Notes under the pieces: generated by a model
Database searches by the model: none
What the model was told of the DNA's origin: nothing
What the model saw: only the letters and a program-made list of their open reading frames with translations
Part shown: one piece after another, positions 18,431 through 30,019 of the stretch
Layout of the letters: every line of letters begins with the position of its first letter
Numbering within the stretch: the stretch's first letter is position 1
Assembly: GCA_964291415.2 (NCBI GenBank)
Contig: OZ219920.1
Coordinates: forward strand, 352,001-416,000
Reading direction: 5' to 3'
Origin: Alphaproteobacteria bacterium
GTDB taxonomy: Bacteria > Pseudomonadota > Alphaproteobacteria > SP197
Length of the DNA: 64,000 nt
Made by a program: the position numbers and the translations under genes

Positions 18431-19546
18431 TCAGAACTTCCGGTCAATGCAGAACCCGATGAGATCCATGAGCGCATCGCGGTAGGCGTTCCCGGCAAGG
18501 TTCGCGAGGGCATCGCGCGCCATCACGGCATGGTGCCTTGCCTCATCCAGGGTGGCCTGCAGGGTGTTGTGGCGGGCGAGAAGTGTCATCGCGTGCTCGA
18601 GGTCGCCGTCGCGCTGGTCCACCTGGGCAAACGTGCGCTCCCAGAACCGCCGTTCCTCCGGCGTGCCGCGATCGAATGCCAGCAGGACCGGCATGGTGAT
18701 CTTTCCCTCGCGGAAGTCGTCGCCGATCGTCTTGCCAAGGTCGTGCTGCAATGCCGAGTAGTCGAGAACATCGTCAACGAGCTGAAAGGCGGTACCGAGA
18801 GAAAGACCGTAGTCACGCATGGCCTTGCGTGCACTCCCCTCCTCGCCGGCAACCACGGCGCCGATCTCGCTTGCCGTGGCAAAGAGCGTTGCCGTCTTTG
18901 CCTGGAGCACGTCCATGCAGGCATCCGGCGAGACGGCAAGATCGTTGGCAATGGCGAGTTGCCTGATTTCACCCTCGGCGATGACAGCCGCCGCCTCGGT
19001 GAGAATGCCAAGGATTTCCAGGGAACCATCCCTGACCATCAGGCGAAAGGCACGGCTCAGCAGGAAGTCGCCGACCAGGACGGGGGGCTTGTTGCCCCAC
19101 AGGGCGTTGGCCGTCGCCACGCCGCGTCTCAGCGTGCTGCCGTCGACCACGTCATCGTGAAGCAGTGTCGCCGTGTGAATGAACTCGATGCAGGCCGCAA
19201 GGGCGATGTGGCGGGCGCCGTCATAACCGAACATCCGGGCCGTCAGCAGGGTGAGCGTGGGGCGGATGCGCTTGCCTCCTGACGAAACGATGTGCCCGGC
19301 GATCTTCGGGATCATGGCCACCGGACTGTCGAGGAGTTCGACAATGACGCGGTCGACGGCCGCGAGATCGTCGGCAACCAGACGTCTCAGGTGCTCGATG
19401 GAATGCCCGACGGGCTCGGGGTGGGGGCGTGCAACGGACAATGGACGCTCCGGACTGCGGCACGATCGCCGGATGCGGTCCGCCGATGGACGAATCCTAT
19501 CAGCATGGGGGTCTACAATAAAGGCGCACGTGTCATCGGGTGTCAC
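18431..19546 (-). CDS. ispB: Polyprenyl (octa/decaprenyl) diphosphate synthase; true start probably near 19440
   Basis: GGKRIRP, EFIHTATLLHDDVVD (FARM), FQLVDDVLD (SARM), GKTIGDDFREGK. Confidence 0.9.
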   Translation of the reverse strand: MTPDDTCAFIVDPHADRIRPSADRIRRSCRSPERPLSVARPHPEPVGHSIEHLRRLVADDLAAVDRVIVELLDSPVAMIPKIAGHIVSSGGKRIRPTLTLLTARMFGYDGARHIALAACIEFIHTATLLHDDVVDGSTLRRGVATANALWGNKPPVLVGDFLLSRAFRLMVRDGSLEILGILTEAAAVIAEGEIRQLAIANDLAVSPDACMDVLQAKTATLFATASEIGAVVAGEEGSARKAMRDYGLSLGTAFQLVDDVLDYSALQHDLGKTIGDDFREGKITMPVLLAFDRGTPEERRFWERTFAQVDQRDGDLEHAMTLLARHNTLQATLDEARHHAVMARDALANLAGNAYRDALMDLIGFCIDRKF

Positions 19547-19587
19547 AACACGGTAAGGTCAACCGGCATGGCAGGGGACCGGCATCC

Positions 19588-19806
19588 ATGAAGGAGATTC
19601 TGCGGACCAACGACGTGGTGACGCTCTCCTGGGCGAGCGCCGTCCTCAAGGATGCTGACGTTCCCCACCACGTGTTCGATCAGCACACCAGTGCGCTCCA
19701 GGGCAGCATTCTTGCCATCGAGAAGCGTCTGCTGGTGGGCGATGATGATGAAGGTCTCGCCCGTGGTCTGCTGCGTGACGCCGGGATCGATGTCCGGGGC
19801 GACTGA
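19588..19806 (+). CDS. DUF2007 domain protein
   Basis: MKEILRTNDVVTLSWASAVLKDA...FDQHTSALQGSI; usual position between ispB and the methyltransferase. Confidence 0.8.
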   Translation: MKEILRTNDVVTLSWASAVLKDADVPHHVFDQHTSALQGSILAIEKRLLVGDDDEGLARGLLRDAGIDVRGD

Positions 19807-20530
19807 AGCGGGCGAAACGCTGTTGGGCGGCAGGGTGCGCATGGCCGGCCAGGAGCATGGCCTGAAGACGACAACCGACACCGTCATGCTCGCCGCTGCG
19901 GTTGCGGCGCGGCAAAAGGCCCGTGTTCTGGATGCCGGATGCGGTGCGGGGGGCGCGATGCTGTGCCTTGCCAGGCGCCTGCCGTCGACCTGCATCACCG
20001 GGCTGGAACGTGACCCCGTTCTCGTCAACCTGGCGAGGCGCAACATCGCGCTCAATGGTGCTGCGACGCGTGTCACCGTTCGCGAAGGGGATGTTGCGGC
20101 TCCGCCCCACGACGGCGAACCGTTTGACGTCGTCATGACCAATCCGCCCCACCTCGACGCACGCCAGTCCAGGGCGCCGCAGGATCCGCACCGTGCCGGC
20201 GCCATGGTCGAGACGATGCCGCTGGAGGACTGGATCGGCCATTGCCTGAAGCGTCTCGCCCACAAGGGCTCGATCGTTCTCGTGCACCGGGCAGAAAGAC
20301 TCGGCGACATCCTTGGCATCCTGGCAAGGCGGACAGGCGCCATCGACATCATGCCGCTGCTGCCCCGCGGCGACGGGTCACCAGCGAAACGGGTACTGGT
20401 ACGTGCCACGAAGGGGTCTGCGCGACCGCTCAGACTCCTGCCGGGTCTGGTGCTGCACGGATCGGACGGCAGCTACAGTTCCCGGGCGCGGCGTGTTCTC
20501 GACGACGGGGCCGCCCTGGAGTGGTGCTGA
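19790..20530 (+). CDS. SAM-dependent methyltransferase (tRNA1(Val) A37 N6-methylase-like)
   Basis: VLDAGCGAGG, FDVVMTNPPH, AKRVLVRATKG. Confidence 0.85.
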   Translation: MSGATEAGETLLGGRVRMAGQEHGLKTTTDTVMLAAAVAARQKARVLDAGCGAGGAMLCLARRLPSTCITGLERDPVLVNLARRNIALNGAATRVTVREGDVAAPPHDGEPFDVVMTNPPHLDARQSRAPQDPHRAGAMVETMPLEDWIGHCLKRLAHKGSIVLVHRAERLGDILGILARRTGAIDIMPLLPRGDGSPAKRVLVRATKGSARPLRLLPGLVLHGSDGSYSSRARRVLDDGAALEWC

Positions 20531-20543
20531 CCCCGAAAGGCAA

Positions 20544-20573
20544 CAGGGACCGGGAGTCGCCTCCCGGTCCCTG
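20544..20573. terminator. Hairpin between convergent genes
   Basis: CAGGGACCGGGAG-TCGC-CTCCCGGTCCCTG, perfect 13-bp stem. Confidence 0.7.
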
Positions 20574-20604
20574 CCGATCCGGTGTTCTAAGGTGTCGAGG
20601 GGGT

Positions 20605-21792
20605 CTAGAGACCGGCCTTGACGTCCTCGAACATGATCTGGATCTTGTCTTCCGGCGTCATCGCAATCTGGAAGATGCCGGTCGACAGGAGTTCGTCCGG
20701 ATTCTTCGAGAGGCCGCGCTCGGCAAGCTGTTGTTCCGACACCATCTCGTAGGCCTTCACGTTGGCATGGCCGTATCCGTAGGACACGATCTCAAAGGCG
20801 CCCGCTTCGGCCGAGAGATAGGAGTCGATGACCTCGTGCGCCTTGAGAATCATCTCGTCACCGTGGTCGTCGTTCATCGTGCTGCGCGACAGGCCGCACA
20901 CCCAGGTCATGGCGCCTTCCTTGGGCTTCATGAAGGCGACAGGGAGGCCCTGGCCGCTCAGCGCCACGATGGAACTGTTCCAGGTAGCGGCCGCGACGAG
21001 TTCGCCCGACGCCAGGGAGTTTTCGACGTCGGTCATGCTGTTCGAGTAGTAGCGCAGCAGCGGCAGCTGTTCGCGAAGCAGGTTGGCGACGGTCTCCATG
21101 TCGGCAGGATCCGAGAGATCGTAGGGATTCTCGAGCCTGGCGTAGATCCCGGCGACGGCGACACCGTCGATCAGGCTGTCGATCATCGACAGGCGGCCGG
21201 CGTACTTCGGATCCCAGAGAATGCCCCAGGAGTGGTTCTCCTCGTCGACGTATTCCGGCGCCAGGTCGGTGCGGAACGTGACCGAAGTCTGGCCCCAGTC
21301 CATCGGGACAAAGATGCGCTTGCCATCGATGACGGCGTCATCGACGTTCTTCAGCGACGGCAGGATGTCATCCCAGTTGCTGAGCAGGCTGGTATCGATG
21401 TTGCCCAGGAGCCCGGCGTCGTACCACTGGCGCAGCTTGTAGGTGCAGGGCGCCATGACGTCGGGCGAAAAGCCGGCCCGCATCTTGGCGAAGGCCTCTT
21501 CCTCGTCACCCCAGAAGGCGAAATTGGAGGCGCAGCCGTACTTGTCGATGTACTGCTGGTGGAACTGGACTACGTCGTAGCCGGACCATGTGAAGGTCAG
21601 CGGCGTGTCGCTGCCACCGCAACTCTGCGCCGGAACCTCTCCGTCCTGTGCCGAGGAGGCCAGGGGCACCATGACGGTGGAGATGCCGAAGGCTCCGAGG
21701 ATGGCATTCATCTGGCGACGGTCGTACTTGCCGCCGCGGATGCCATCGGTGATCCGGTTGATGTCCAACCGGGTCGGATCGAGATGTGTCAT
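20605..21792 (-). CDS. PotD/PotF-type polyamine ABC substrate-binding protein (paralog of 4164)
   Basis: GGGAGG RBS before ATG 21792; DRRQM Tat-like motif; FTWSGYD, VPMDWGQTSV, PKEGAMTWVCG. Confidence 0.88.
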   Translation of the reverse strand: MTHLDPTRLDINRITDGIRGGKYDRRQMNAILGAFGISTVMVPLASSAQDGEVPAQSCGGSDTPLTFTWSGYDVVQFHQQYIDKYGCASNFAFWGDEEEAFAKMRAGFSPDVMAPCTYKLRQWYDAGLLGNIDTSLLSNWDDILPSLKNVDDAVIDGKRIFVPMDWGQTSVTFRTDLAPEYVDEENHSWGILWDPKYAGRLSMIDSLIDGVAVAGIYARLENPYDLSDPADMETVANLLREQLPLLRYYSNSMTDVENSLASGELVAAATWNSSIVALSGQGLPVAFMKPKEGAMTWVCGLSRSTMNDDHGDEMILKAHEVIDSYLSAEAGAFEIVSYGYGHANVKAYEMVSEQQLAERGLSKNPDELLSTGIFQIAMTPEDKIQIMFEDVKAGL

Positions 21793-21923
21793 GGATAATG
21801 ACCTCCCTGTCATCAATTTGTGGGACACCCAAGTCAACTGATCGGCCATGTTCCATGATCGGCCCCGCCCTTTCAAGGGAAGAAGCGCTGATCGCGGCAA
21901 TAGCCTCAGGCGCCCCGGTGGGC

Positions 21924-23144
21924 TCAACGGCCCTGCAGGCGGGACTTGAGGCCTTCCTCGAGCTTGAGGAGGAAGGCGTTCGTGGTGAGCCATGGGTGGT
22001 CCGGATCGATCAGGATGGCGAGGTCCTTCGTCATGTGGCCCTGTTCGACGGTGGCGACGCAGACGTCCTCCAGGGTCTCGGCGAACCCGGTGACGTCCGG
22101 CGTTCCGTCGAACTCGCCCCTTGACCTCAGACCGCGCGTCCAGGCGAAGATCGAGGCGATGGGGTTGGTCGAGGTCTCGCGGCCCTGCTGGTGCTGGCGG
22201 AAGTGACGCGTCACCGTGCCGTGGGCTGCCTCGGCCTCCACCGCCGAGCCGTCGGGTGTCATCAGCACCGACGTCATCAATCCAAGAGAGCCGAATCCCT
22301 GGGCGACGGTGTCCGACTGCACGTCACCGTCGTAGTTCTTGCAGGCCCAAACGAAGCCGCCCTCCCACTTCAGGGCCGCAGCCACCATGTCGTCGATGAG
22401 ACGGTGTTCGTACGCGATGTCCCGGGAAGCAAACCGCTCCGCGAATTCGTTGTCGAAGACCTCCTGGAAGAGGTCCTTGAAGCGTCCGTCGTAGGCCTTG
22501 AGTATGGTGTTCTTGGTCGACAGGTAGACGGGCCAGCCAAGGCTCAAGCCATAGTTCATGCAGGCCCGCGCAAAGCCGCGGATCGACTCGTCGAGATTGT
22601 ACATGGCAAGGGCCACGCCGCCTGCCGGGAAGTCGTGGACTGTCCGTTCGATGGCCTCGCCGCCATCGGCGGGGGTGAACGTGACGGTGAGCGTGCCGGC
22701 TCCCGGCACCACGAAATCCGTCGCCCGGTACTGGTCACCGAAGGCGTGACGGCCGATGACGATGGGCTTGGTCCAGCCGGGAACAAGGCGGGGGACGTTG
22801 GAGCAGATGATGGGCTGACGGAAGACCGTGCCGCCGAGAATGTTGCGGATCGTGCCATTGGGCGACAGCCACATTTTCTTCAGCCCGAATTCCCTGACCC
22901 GCGCCTCGTCGGGCGTGATGGTGGCGCACTTGACGCCGACGCCGTGCCGCTTGATGGCCTGGGCAGCCTCGACGGTGATGCGGTCGTCCGTTGCATCCCG
23001 TGATTCGATCCCGAGATCGTGGTAGAGAAGCTCGACATCGAGCCAGGGAAGGATCAGCCGGTCCCTGATAAACCCCCAGATGATGCGGGTCATCTCGTCG
23101 CCGTCGAGCTCGACCACCGGGTTCTTCACCGGAATTCTCGCCAT
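21924..23144 (-). CDS. icd: NADP-dependent isocitrate dehydrogenase
   Basis: [57 protein letters not shown]. Confidence 0.97.
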   Translation of the reverse strand: MARIPVKNPVVELDGDEMTRIIWGFIRDRLILPWLDVELLYHDLGIESRDATDDRITVEAAQAIKRHGVGVKCATITPDEARVREFGLKKMWLSPNGTIRNILGGTVFRQPIICSNVPRLVPGWTKPIVIGRHAFGDQYRATDFVVPGAGTLTVTFTPADGGEAIERTVHDFPAGGVALAMYNLDESIRGFARACMNYGLSLGWPVYLSTKNTILKAYDGRFKDLFQEVFDNEFAERFASRDIAYEHRLIDDMVAAALKWEGGFVWACKNYDGDVQSDTVAQGFGSLGLMTSVLMTPDGSAVEAEAAHGTVTRHFRQHQQGRETSTNPIASIFAWTRGLRSRGEFDGTPDVTGFAETLEDVCVATVEQGHMTKDLAILIDPDHPWLTTNAFLLKLEEGLKSRLQGR

Positions 23145-23368
23145 GGCCTTTGTCTCCGCCTCATGCTGCGGTGCAACATAGTGAATTCGCGTGACCGGAC
23201 AACCGGAATGAGCGGCCTCGCACATTTGGCATGTCGATGGTAGTCTTGCCGCCACCATGCGCCCGGTTGTTTGTCCGTGACATCTGCCTTGAGGAACGCA
23301 TCCCTGCCGCCACCGTCCGCTTCCTCTCCTGACGAGGGGAGCATCCTTGATCGTCCGGGAACTCCGAC

Positions 23369-25522
23369 ATGAAGAAATTCAGCGCCGTGATCGTCGTGCT
23401 GGCCGTTCTGCTCCTTGTCCTGTGGCTTGTGATGCGCGACGACCGAGGACCCGGCGACGCCGTCACCACCGCCCCCGCCGAGCCTGAGACGGAGACCATC
23501 GACACTGCGGCCTCCGACACGGATGGCGCGCCCGAGGAGGACGCCGCTGCCGTTGCCGTGAGCGAGGAGGACACCGCGGTCGCCGAGGACGAGGAGATGG
23601 TGACCGATGCGGATGGCGCGCCCGAGGAAGACGCCGCCGCCGTTGCCATGAGCGAGGAAGACGCCGCGGTTGCCGAGGACGAGGAGTTGGTGGTCGACGC
23701 GGATGGCGCGCCCGAGGAGGACGCCGCTGCCGTTGCCGTGAGCGAGGAGGACGCCGCGGTCGCCGAGGACGATGAGATGGTGGCCGATGCGGATGGCGCG
23801 CCCGAGGAAGACGCCGCTGCCGTTGCCGTGAGCGAGGAAGACGCCGCGGTCGCCGAGGACGATGAGATGGTGGCCGATGCGGATGGCGCGCCCGAGGAAG
23901 ACGCCGCTGCCGTTGCCGTGAGCGAGGAAGACGCCGCGGTCGCCGAGGACGATGAGATGGTGGCCGATGCGGATGGCGCGCCCGAGGAAGACGGCGCCGC
24001 CGTTGCCATGAGCGAGGAAGACGCCGCGGTCGCCGAGGACGAGGAGTTGGTGGCCGACGCGGATGGCGCGCCTGAGGAGGACGCCGCTGCCGTTGCCATG
24101 AGCGAGGAAGACGCCACGGTCGCCGAGGACGAGGAGTTGGTGGCCGACGCGGACGGCGCGCCCGAGGAAGACGGCGCCGCCGTTGCCGTGAGCGAGGAGG
24201 ACGCCGCGGTCGCCGAGGACGAGGAGTTGGTGGCCGATGCGGATGGCGCGCCCGAGGAAGACGGCGCCGCCGTTGCCGTGAGCGAGGAGGACGCCGCGGT
24301 CGCCGAGGACGAGGAGTTGGTGGCTGATGCGGACGGCGCGCCCGAGGAAGACGCCGCTGCCGTTGCCGTGAGCGAGGAGGACGCCGCGGTCGCCGAGGAC
24401 GAGGAGTTGGTGGCTGACGCGGACGGCGCGCCCGAGGAAGACGCCGCTGCCGTTGCCGTGAGCGAGGAGGACGCCGCGGTCGCCGAGGACGAGGAGCTGG
24501 TGGCCGATGCGGATGGTGCGCCTGAGGAAGACGGCGCCGCCGTTGCCATGAGCGAGGAAGACGCCGCGGTCGCCGAGGACGATGAGATGGTGGCCGACGC
24601 AGAAGACGGCGCCTCCGTTGCCTCGAGTGAGGATGGCGCCACGATCGCTGATGACGAAGACGTGATGTTGGGAGAAGATTCCGGGGAAGCGGCCGATCCT
24701 GACTTCGATGTGGTGAGGGTCGAGGTCACCGGAGACACGGTGATGGCAGGCGTGGCGGAGCCCGGAGCCACCATTGTCGTGACGTCAGGCGACGACTTGA
24801 TCGGCGAGACTGTGGCCGACGATGCCGGTTCCTGGGTGATCGTCACCGAGGACCCCCTGGATCCCGGGGCCCACGAATTGAAACTCACATCCGAGAACGG
24901 GCATGGCGAGACCACGCAGTCCGACACGGTCGTTGTGGTTTCGGTGCCGCAGGAATCGGAGGATGGCGAGACTGGCGATGTTCTGACGGTGATGATGAAC
25001 GACGAGGATGGCGGCGAGGTCGAGATCATCCAGGGGGGAGACGACGGGATCGGCATCTCCGGCGGCGGCGACCTGGCTCTCGAGAGCCTCAGCTACGACG
25101 AGGAAGGCAATGTTTCCATGGGTGGCCAGGCGACAGCGGGTGACACGGTCGTCGTCTACGTCGATGACCGCGTCGCCGGCGTGGCAGATGCCGAGGACGG
25201 CGAGTGGACGGTGGAACTCGACGAGTCAGTTGACGAGGGCACCCATGCCCTGAGGGTTGACGAGATCAACGAGGAAGGTGATGTCGTCGCCCGGCTCGAG
25301 ACGCCATTCGTGCGTGCCGTCTTCATCATGCCGGATGCCTCTGATCAACTGATCGTGATCCAGCCTGGCAACAACCTTTGGCGGATAGCCCGCCGGTCTT
25401 ACGGCCGCGGTATTCTCTATACCCTCATCTACGAGGCCAACAGAAGCCAGATCGCCGATCCCCATCTCATCTATCCCGGCCAGATCTTCGTCATGCCGCA
25501 GGACAGGGTGGCGGTGAACTGA
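23369..25522 (+). CDS. Membrane-anchored LysM protein with a long acidic repeat and Ig-like domains
   Basis: N-terminal TM; [18 protein letters not shown]; C-terminal [40 protein letters not shown]. Confidence 0.9.
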   Translation: MKKFSAVIVVLAVLLLVLWLVMRDDRGPGDAVTTAPAEPETETIDTAASDTDGAPEEDAAAVAVSEEDTAVAEDEEMVTDADGAPEEDAAAVAMSEEDAAVAEDEELVVDADGAPEEDAAAVAVSEEDAAVAEDDEMVADADGAPEEDAAAVAVSEEDAAVAEDDEMVADADGAPEEDAAAVAVSEEDAAVAEDDEMVADADGAPEEDGAAVAMSEEDAAVAEDEELVADADGAPEEDAAAVAMSEEDATVAEDEELVADADGAPEEDGAAVAVSEEDAAVAEDEELVADADGAPEEDGAAVAVSEEDAAVAEDEELVADADGAPEEDAAAVAVSEEDAAVAEDEELVADADGAPEEDAAAVAVSEEDAAVAEDEELVADADGAPEEDGAAVAMSEEDAAVAEDDEMVADAEDGASVASSEDGATIADDEDVMLGEDSGEAADPDFDVVRVEVTGDTVMAGVAEPGATIVVTSGDDLIGETVADDAGSWVIVTEDPLDPGAHELKLTSENGHGETTQSDTVVVVSVPQESEDGETGDVLTVMMNDEDGGEVEIIQGGDDGIGISGGGDLALESLSYDEEGNVSMGGQATAGDTVVVYVDDRVAGVADAEDGEWTVELDESVDEGTHALRVDEINEEGDVVARLETPFVRAVFIMPDASDQLIVIQPGNNLWRIARRSYGRGILYTLIYEANRSQIADPHLIYPGQIFVMPQDRVAVN
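23521..24600 (+). repeat. 12 x 90-bp in-frame tandem repeat (30 aa: [30 protein letters not shown])
   Basis: GGA(T/C)GG(C/T)GCG recurs at 23521, 23611, 23701 ... 24511. Confidence 0.97.
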
Positions 25523-25769
25523 AGGCGGCACGCCTGATGAACGAACAAGGCCGGAGCGTCTACGAACCTGCCGGACCGGCCAGCGAGGCGCTGTCGTCCT
25601 GGTATGTCAGGAATCTCGTGCAGCGCACCATTGACCAGGCTTTCAAGGCGTCGCCGCCGGCCGATGACGGGGCGCCGGAGACCGGCGGGACTGGAAATCG
25701 CCGCCGCAGCAACGTATAGACACGCCACCGGAACAACGGAGCCATCCCCGGATGGCTCGCGAGGACGTC

Positions 25770-27149
25770 ATGACCGCACATTGGACACCGTCAGGCTGGC
25801 GCGACTTCCCTGTTCGGCAGATGCCGGACTATCCCGACCGCGACGAGTTGAAGGTCGTGGAGGACCGACTGCACGGTTGTCCGCCCCTGGTGTTCGCCGG
25901 CGAGGCACGTTCACTCAAGCAGGCCCTGGCGCGGACGGCGGCCGGCGAAGCCTTCCTTCTCCAGGGTGGCGACTGCGCCGAGAGCTTTGCCGAGTTCCAC
26001 CCCGACACGATCCGCGACACCTTCAGGGTGCTTCTGCAGATGGCTGTGGTCCTCACGTTCGGTGCGGCCTTGCCGATCGTCAAGGTCGGCCGCATGGCAG
26101 GCCAGTTCGCCAAGCCGCGTTCGGCGCCCGTCGAGGCCCAGGGTGATGTCGAGCTGCCGAGCTACCGGGGCGACATCATCAACGCCATCGGATTTTCCGA
26201 AGACGCCCGCCGGCCCGATCCCCAGCGCATGCTGCAGGCCTATCATCAGGCGGCCTCGACGCTGAACCTGCTGCGCGCCTTCGCCCAGGGCGGTTTTGCC
26301 GATCTGCAGCGCGTGTCGAGCTGGAACAACGACTTTGTCGCGGACAGCCCCCAGGGTCATCGCTACGCTGAAATCGCCGAGCGTATCCAGGAGGCGCTTT
26401 CCTTCATGAACGCCTGCGGCCTGACGCCCGAGAATGTGCCGCAGATGCGCGAGACCGACTTCTACACGTCCCATGAAGCGCTGCTGCTCCCCTACGAGGA
26501 GTCGATGACGCGCATCGATTCGACCACAGGAGGGTGGTACGACACCTCGGCCCACATGCTCTGGGTCGGTGACCGCACACGCCAGAGCGACCATGCGCAT
26601 GTTGAGTTCCTGCGCGGCATCAACAACCCGCTCGGCATCAAGTGCGGGCCGTCGCTGGAAGCAGACGACCTGCTGCGCCTGCTCGATATCCTCAATCCCG
26701 ACAACGAGGCCGGCCGCATCACGCTCATCACCCGAATGGGCGCTGGTCAGGCGGCGGACCATCTGCCCAGGCTGATTCGCCAGGTCGAAAGGGAGGGACG
26801 CATTGTCGTCTGGTCCTGCGATCCCATGCATGGCAACACGATCAAGGCCGCAAACGGATACAAGACCCGGCCCTTTGACAGGATCCTGACAGAAGTGCGC
26901 GAGGTGTTCGCCATTCACCGGGCCGAAGGGACCCATGCCGGCGGCGTCCATTTCGAGATGACGGGGCGCGATGTCACGGAGTGTATCGGTGGCGCCCAGG
27001 CGATCTCGGATGACGATCTCTCGGACCGCTACCACACTCATTGCGATCCGCGCCTCAACGCCAGCCAGGCCCTCGAACTTGCGTTTCTCATCGCCGAACA
27101 GTTGAGAACTGAGCGTGAACAGACATTCAGGGCGGTTGCAGCGGAGTGA
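25770..27149 (+). CDS. Class II DAHP synthase
   Basis: [54 protein letters not shown]. Confidence 0.95.
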   Translation: MTAHWTPSGWRDFPVRQMPDYPDRDELKVVEDRLHGCPPLVFAGEARSLKQALARTAAGEAFLLQGGDCAESFAEFHPDTIRDTFRVLLQMAVVLTFGAALPIVKVGRMAGQFAKPRSAPVEAQGDVELPSYRGDIINAIGFSEDARRPDPQRMLQAYHQAASTLNLLRAFAQGGFADLQRVSSWNNDFVADSPQGHRYAEIAERIQEALSFMNACGLTPENVPQMRETDFYTSHEALLLPYEESMTRIDSTTGGWYDTSAHMLWVGDRTRQSDHAHVEFLRGINNPLGIKCGPSLEADDLLRLLDILNPDNEAGRITLITRMGAGQAADHLPRLIRQVEREGRIVVWSCDPMHGNTIKAANGYKTRPFDRILTEVREVFAIHRAEGTHAGGVHFEMTGRDVTECIGGAQAISDDDLSDRYHTHCDPRLNASQALELAFLIAEQLRTEREQTFRAVAAE

Positions 27150-27197
27150 TCGTTCGCATGTCGGTCGCCTGAGGCGTCGTCCACCGGAAGGACTGCC

Positions 27198-28367
27198 GTG
27201 ATGCCGGCCGTGGACCGGGAATGCCCGCAATGGCTTCGTGACGGGGAGGTGAGCAGGTGGACGGACACCTATCTCAACCGCACGAGAAAGGCCGTTGCCT
27301 CCTTTGGCGACTGCCAGGTGACGTATGCCGTCTTCATGCGCCGGCCGGTGGTATCGGCCCCCCGCCTGATGACCGACTGGCTGCGTGCGATCGCCCGCAC
27401 GCGAGGCGTGACGATCGGCATCGACCTCGAATACGAGGAAGGCCGCTGGATCGGCGCCGGTGAACCCATCGCCTACATCACGGGTTCCTTCGAGCATCTC
27501 GTGGATCTCGAGACCCTGTTCCTGCAGAAGCTCGGGCCGGCGTGCGTGGCCGCCTACAACGCCTACACCATGTGCGTCGACATGCCGCAGACCGACTTCC
27601 TCGCCATGGATGCTCGCCACTGTGCGGGCACGGAGATGGCAGAGATCATGGCCTACGCTGCCGCCGTCGGGTCCATGCGGGCGCGCCGCAAGGTCGGTGC
27701 CCGGGGCTTTGTCGGCAACGCGACCGATGCCACGAGCCACTACTTCGGCAATGAGCGCGGCTTTGGCACCATGCCCCATTCACTCGTCGGCTATGCCGGC
27801 AGCACGGTGGCGGCCGCGGAGATGTTCCACGAGGTCCATCCCGACCTCCCCATGACCGTTCTGGTCGACTACTTCGGCCGGGAAATCAGCGATTCCCTTG
27901 CAGTCTGCCGGCGATTTCCGGACATGGCGGCGTCCGGTGACCTCGCCTTGCGCATCGATACCGGCGGTGGCCGTTTCGTCGAGGGTCTCGATCCGCCGCG
28001 CAGCTATGCCGTTCTCGAGCGCAACCGTCCCGACGCGATTCGCGGGTACCGTTCCGAAACGGAACTGCGCTACCTGATCGGCACGGGCGTCTCGGCAGCC
28101 GCCATCTGGCACCTGCGCGAGCAGCTCGATGGCGCGGGCTTTGCAAGGGTCAGGATCGTCGCATCGTCAGGTTTCGACCCTGCCAAGTGCAAGGTCATGG
28201 CCGTCGCCGCCGCGCCGGTGGACGTCATCGGCACCGGAAGCTATCTGCCCGAACGGTGGAGCGAGACCTATGCCACCGCCGACATCGTGGCCTACGACGG
28301 CACGCCCCGGGTCAAGGTTGGACGCGAGTTCCTGTTGCGTCACGAGGGGCGATCGTCAGGCGAATGA
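27198..28367 (+). CDS. Nicotinate phosphoribosyltransferase-like protein
   Basis: WTDTY, AMDARHCAG, GTMPHSLVG, VLVDYFG, IVASSGF; overlaps the nadE start. Confidence 0.8.
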   Translation: MMPAVDRECPQWLRDGEVSRWTDTYLNRTRKAVASFGDCQVTYAVFMRRPVVSAPRLMTDWLRAIARTRGVTIGIDLEYEEGRWIGAGEPIAYITGSFEHLVDLETLFLQKLGPACVAAYNAYTMCVDMPQTDFLAMDARHCAGTEMAEIMAYAAAVGSMRARRKVGARGFVGNATDATSHYFGNERGFGTMPHSLVGYAGSTVAAAEMFHEVHPDLPMTVLVDYFGREISDSLAVCRRFPDMAASGDLALRIDTGGGRFVEGLDPPRSYAVLERNRPDAIRGYRSETELRYLIGTGVSAAAIWHLREQLDGAGFARVRIVASSGFDPAKCKVMAVAAAPVDVIGTGSYLPERWSETYATADIVAYDGTPRVKVGREFLLRHEGRSSGE

Positions 28368-30019
28368 CCGACACCCTGAGAATTGCCCTCGCCCAGCTCA
28401 ATCCGGCCGTCGGTGACGTCGACGGCAATGTGGCGAAGTTGCTGGCGGCGCGCGGCGAGGCCGCGGAAGCGGGAGCCGATCTCATGGTCGCATCGGAGCT
28501 CGTGATTGACGGCTATCCGCCCGAGGACCTGGTATTGCGCCCGGCCTTTCAGGACGATGTTGCAAGAGGGGTGGCCGCAGTCGCTCGCGAGACCGCGGAT
28601 GGTGGACCGGCGGTGGTGCTGGGCGCCAGTCACGTGGAGGATGGCAGGCTCTTCAACGCCGCCCACCTCATCGACCGTGGAACGGTGCGCCACACGCGCC
28701 TCAAGCACGACCTTCCGAACTACGGCGTCTTTGACGAGAAGCGCGTTTTCTGCCCGGGACCCCTGCCTGGTCCTGTCCCGTTCCGCGATACCCTGCTCGG
28801 CATCATGATCTGCGAGGACATGTGGAGCGGTGAGGTCACCGAGTGCCTGGAGGAGAACGGCGCCGAGATCATGGTCGTGCTCAACGGTTCACCCTTCGAC
28901 GTGGAGAATGTGGCCCGGCGCATGAATCAGGCCGTGGCCCGTGTCACCGAGTGCCGCCTGCCCCTCATCTATGTCAACCAGGTCGGTGGCCAGGACGAAC
29001 TGGTGTTTGATGGGGCCTCCTTCGTCCTCGATGCTTCCTGGGCGCTGCGCTCCCAGCTTCCCTCGTGGTCGTCGTCGGTGGTCACCACCACCTGGCACCG
29101 CCTCGAGACAGGTTGGAGCTGCGAGGCGGGGCTGATCGCGGCGGAACCGGATCGACTGGAGTCCATGTACAGGGCGCTTGTCACGGGGCTTGCCGACTAT
29201 GTGGCCAAGAACGGTTTCGCCGGTGTTCTCATCGGCCTCTCGGGAGGGATCGACTCCGCGCTTTCGGCGGCCATCGCCACCGATGCCCTCGGGTCTGACA
29301 GGGTGTGGTGCGTCATGATGCCGTCGCGTTACACGAGCCAGGAGAGTCTCGACGATGCGACGGCCTGCGCCGGGCTGCTCGGGACGCGTCTTGACTCCGT
29401 TCCGATTCATGGCGCCGTCGATGCCCTGGACGGCATGCTCGCAAGCCATTTTGCCGGCCGCGATCCCAACGAGGCGGAAGAGAACATCCAGGCCCGCAGC
29501 AGGGGCATGGTCCTGATGGCGCTCTCCAACAAGTTCGGCCACATGGTGCTTTCAACCGGGAACAAGTCCGAAATGTCGGTTGGTTACGCGACCCTCTACG
29601 GTGACATGTGCGGCGGGTTCTCGGTGCTGAAGGATGTCTACAAGACGGATGTCTATCGCCTCGCGCACTGGCGCTCCTCCCATTCGGGCGACGGTTTCCT
29701 GGGGCCGGCAGGACCTGTCATTCCCGCTTCCATCATCACCAAGGCGCCAACCGCCGAACTGCGGGCGAACCAGAAGGACCAGGACAGCCTGCCGGCCTAT
29801 GAGGATCTCGACGACATTCTGGGTCGCCTGGTCGAACAGGAGATGACCTTCGACGAGATTGCCGCCGGGGGCCACGACCGTGCCCTTGTCGAAGAGGTCT
29901 GGACCATGCTGATGCGGGCTGAGTACAAGCGCCGCCAGGCGCCGCCGGGGGTCAGGATCACACCGCGGGCCTTTGGCCGCGACCGCCGCTATCCCGTGAC
30001 CAACCGGTTCCGCAGGTAA
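28364..30019 (+). CDS. nadE: Glutamine-dependent NAD+ synthetase
   Basis: Nitrilase domain (GYPPEDL, LPNYGVFDEKR, ICEDMW) + GLSGGIDS, ENIQAR, TGNKSE, AEYKRRQAPPG. Confidence 0.96.
   Translation: MTDTLRIALAQLNPAVGDVDGNVAKLLAARGEAAEAGADLMVASELVIDGYPPEDLVLRPAFQDDVARGVAAVARETADGGPAVVLGASHVEDGRLFNAAHLIDRGTVRHTRLKHDLPNYGVFDEKRVFCPGPLPGPVPFRDTLLGIMICEDMWSGEVTECLEENGAEIMVVLNGSPFDVENVARRMNQAVARVTECRLPLIYVNQVGGQDELVFDGASFVLDASWALRSQLPSWSSSVVTTTWHRLETGWSCEAGLIAAEPDRLESMYRALVTGLADYVAKNGFAGVLIGLSGGIDSALSAAIATDALGSDRVWCVMMPSRYTSQESLDDATACAGLLGTRLDSVPIHGAVDALDGMLASHFAGRDPNEAEENIQARSRGMVLMALSNKFGHMVLSTGNKSEMSVGYATLYGDMCGGFSVLKDVYKTDVYRLAHWRSSHSGDGFLGPAGPVIPASIITKAPTAELRANQKDQDSLPAYEDLDDILGRLVEQEMTFDEIAAGGHDRALVEEVWTMLMRAEYKRRQAPPGVRITPRAFGRDRRYPVTNRFRR

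Noticed and set aside
23521-24600. Regular repeat array considered as a CRISPR
   Set aside because: Contiguous in-frame 90-bp coding units with no unique spacers and no cas genes
23161-25056. 631-aa Ser/Ala-rich ORF on the minus strand
   Set aside because: Antisense shadow of the acidic repeat in the LysM gene
25537-25719. 60-codon ORF between the LysM gene and DAHP synthase
   Set aside because: No recognisable motif or clear RBS
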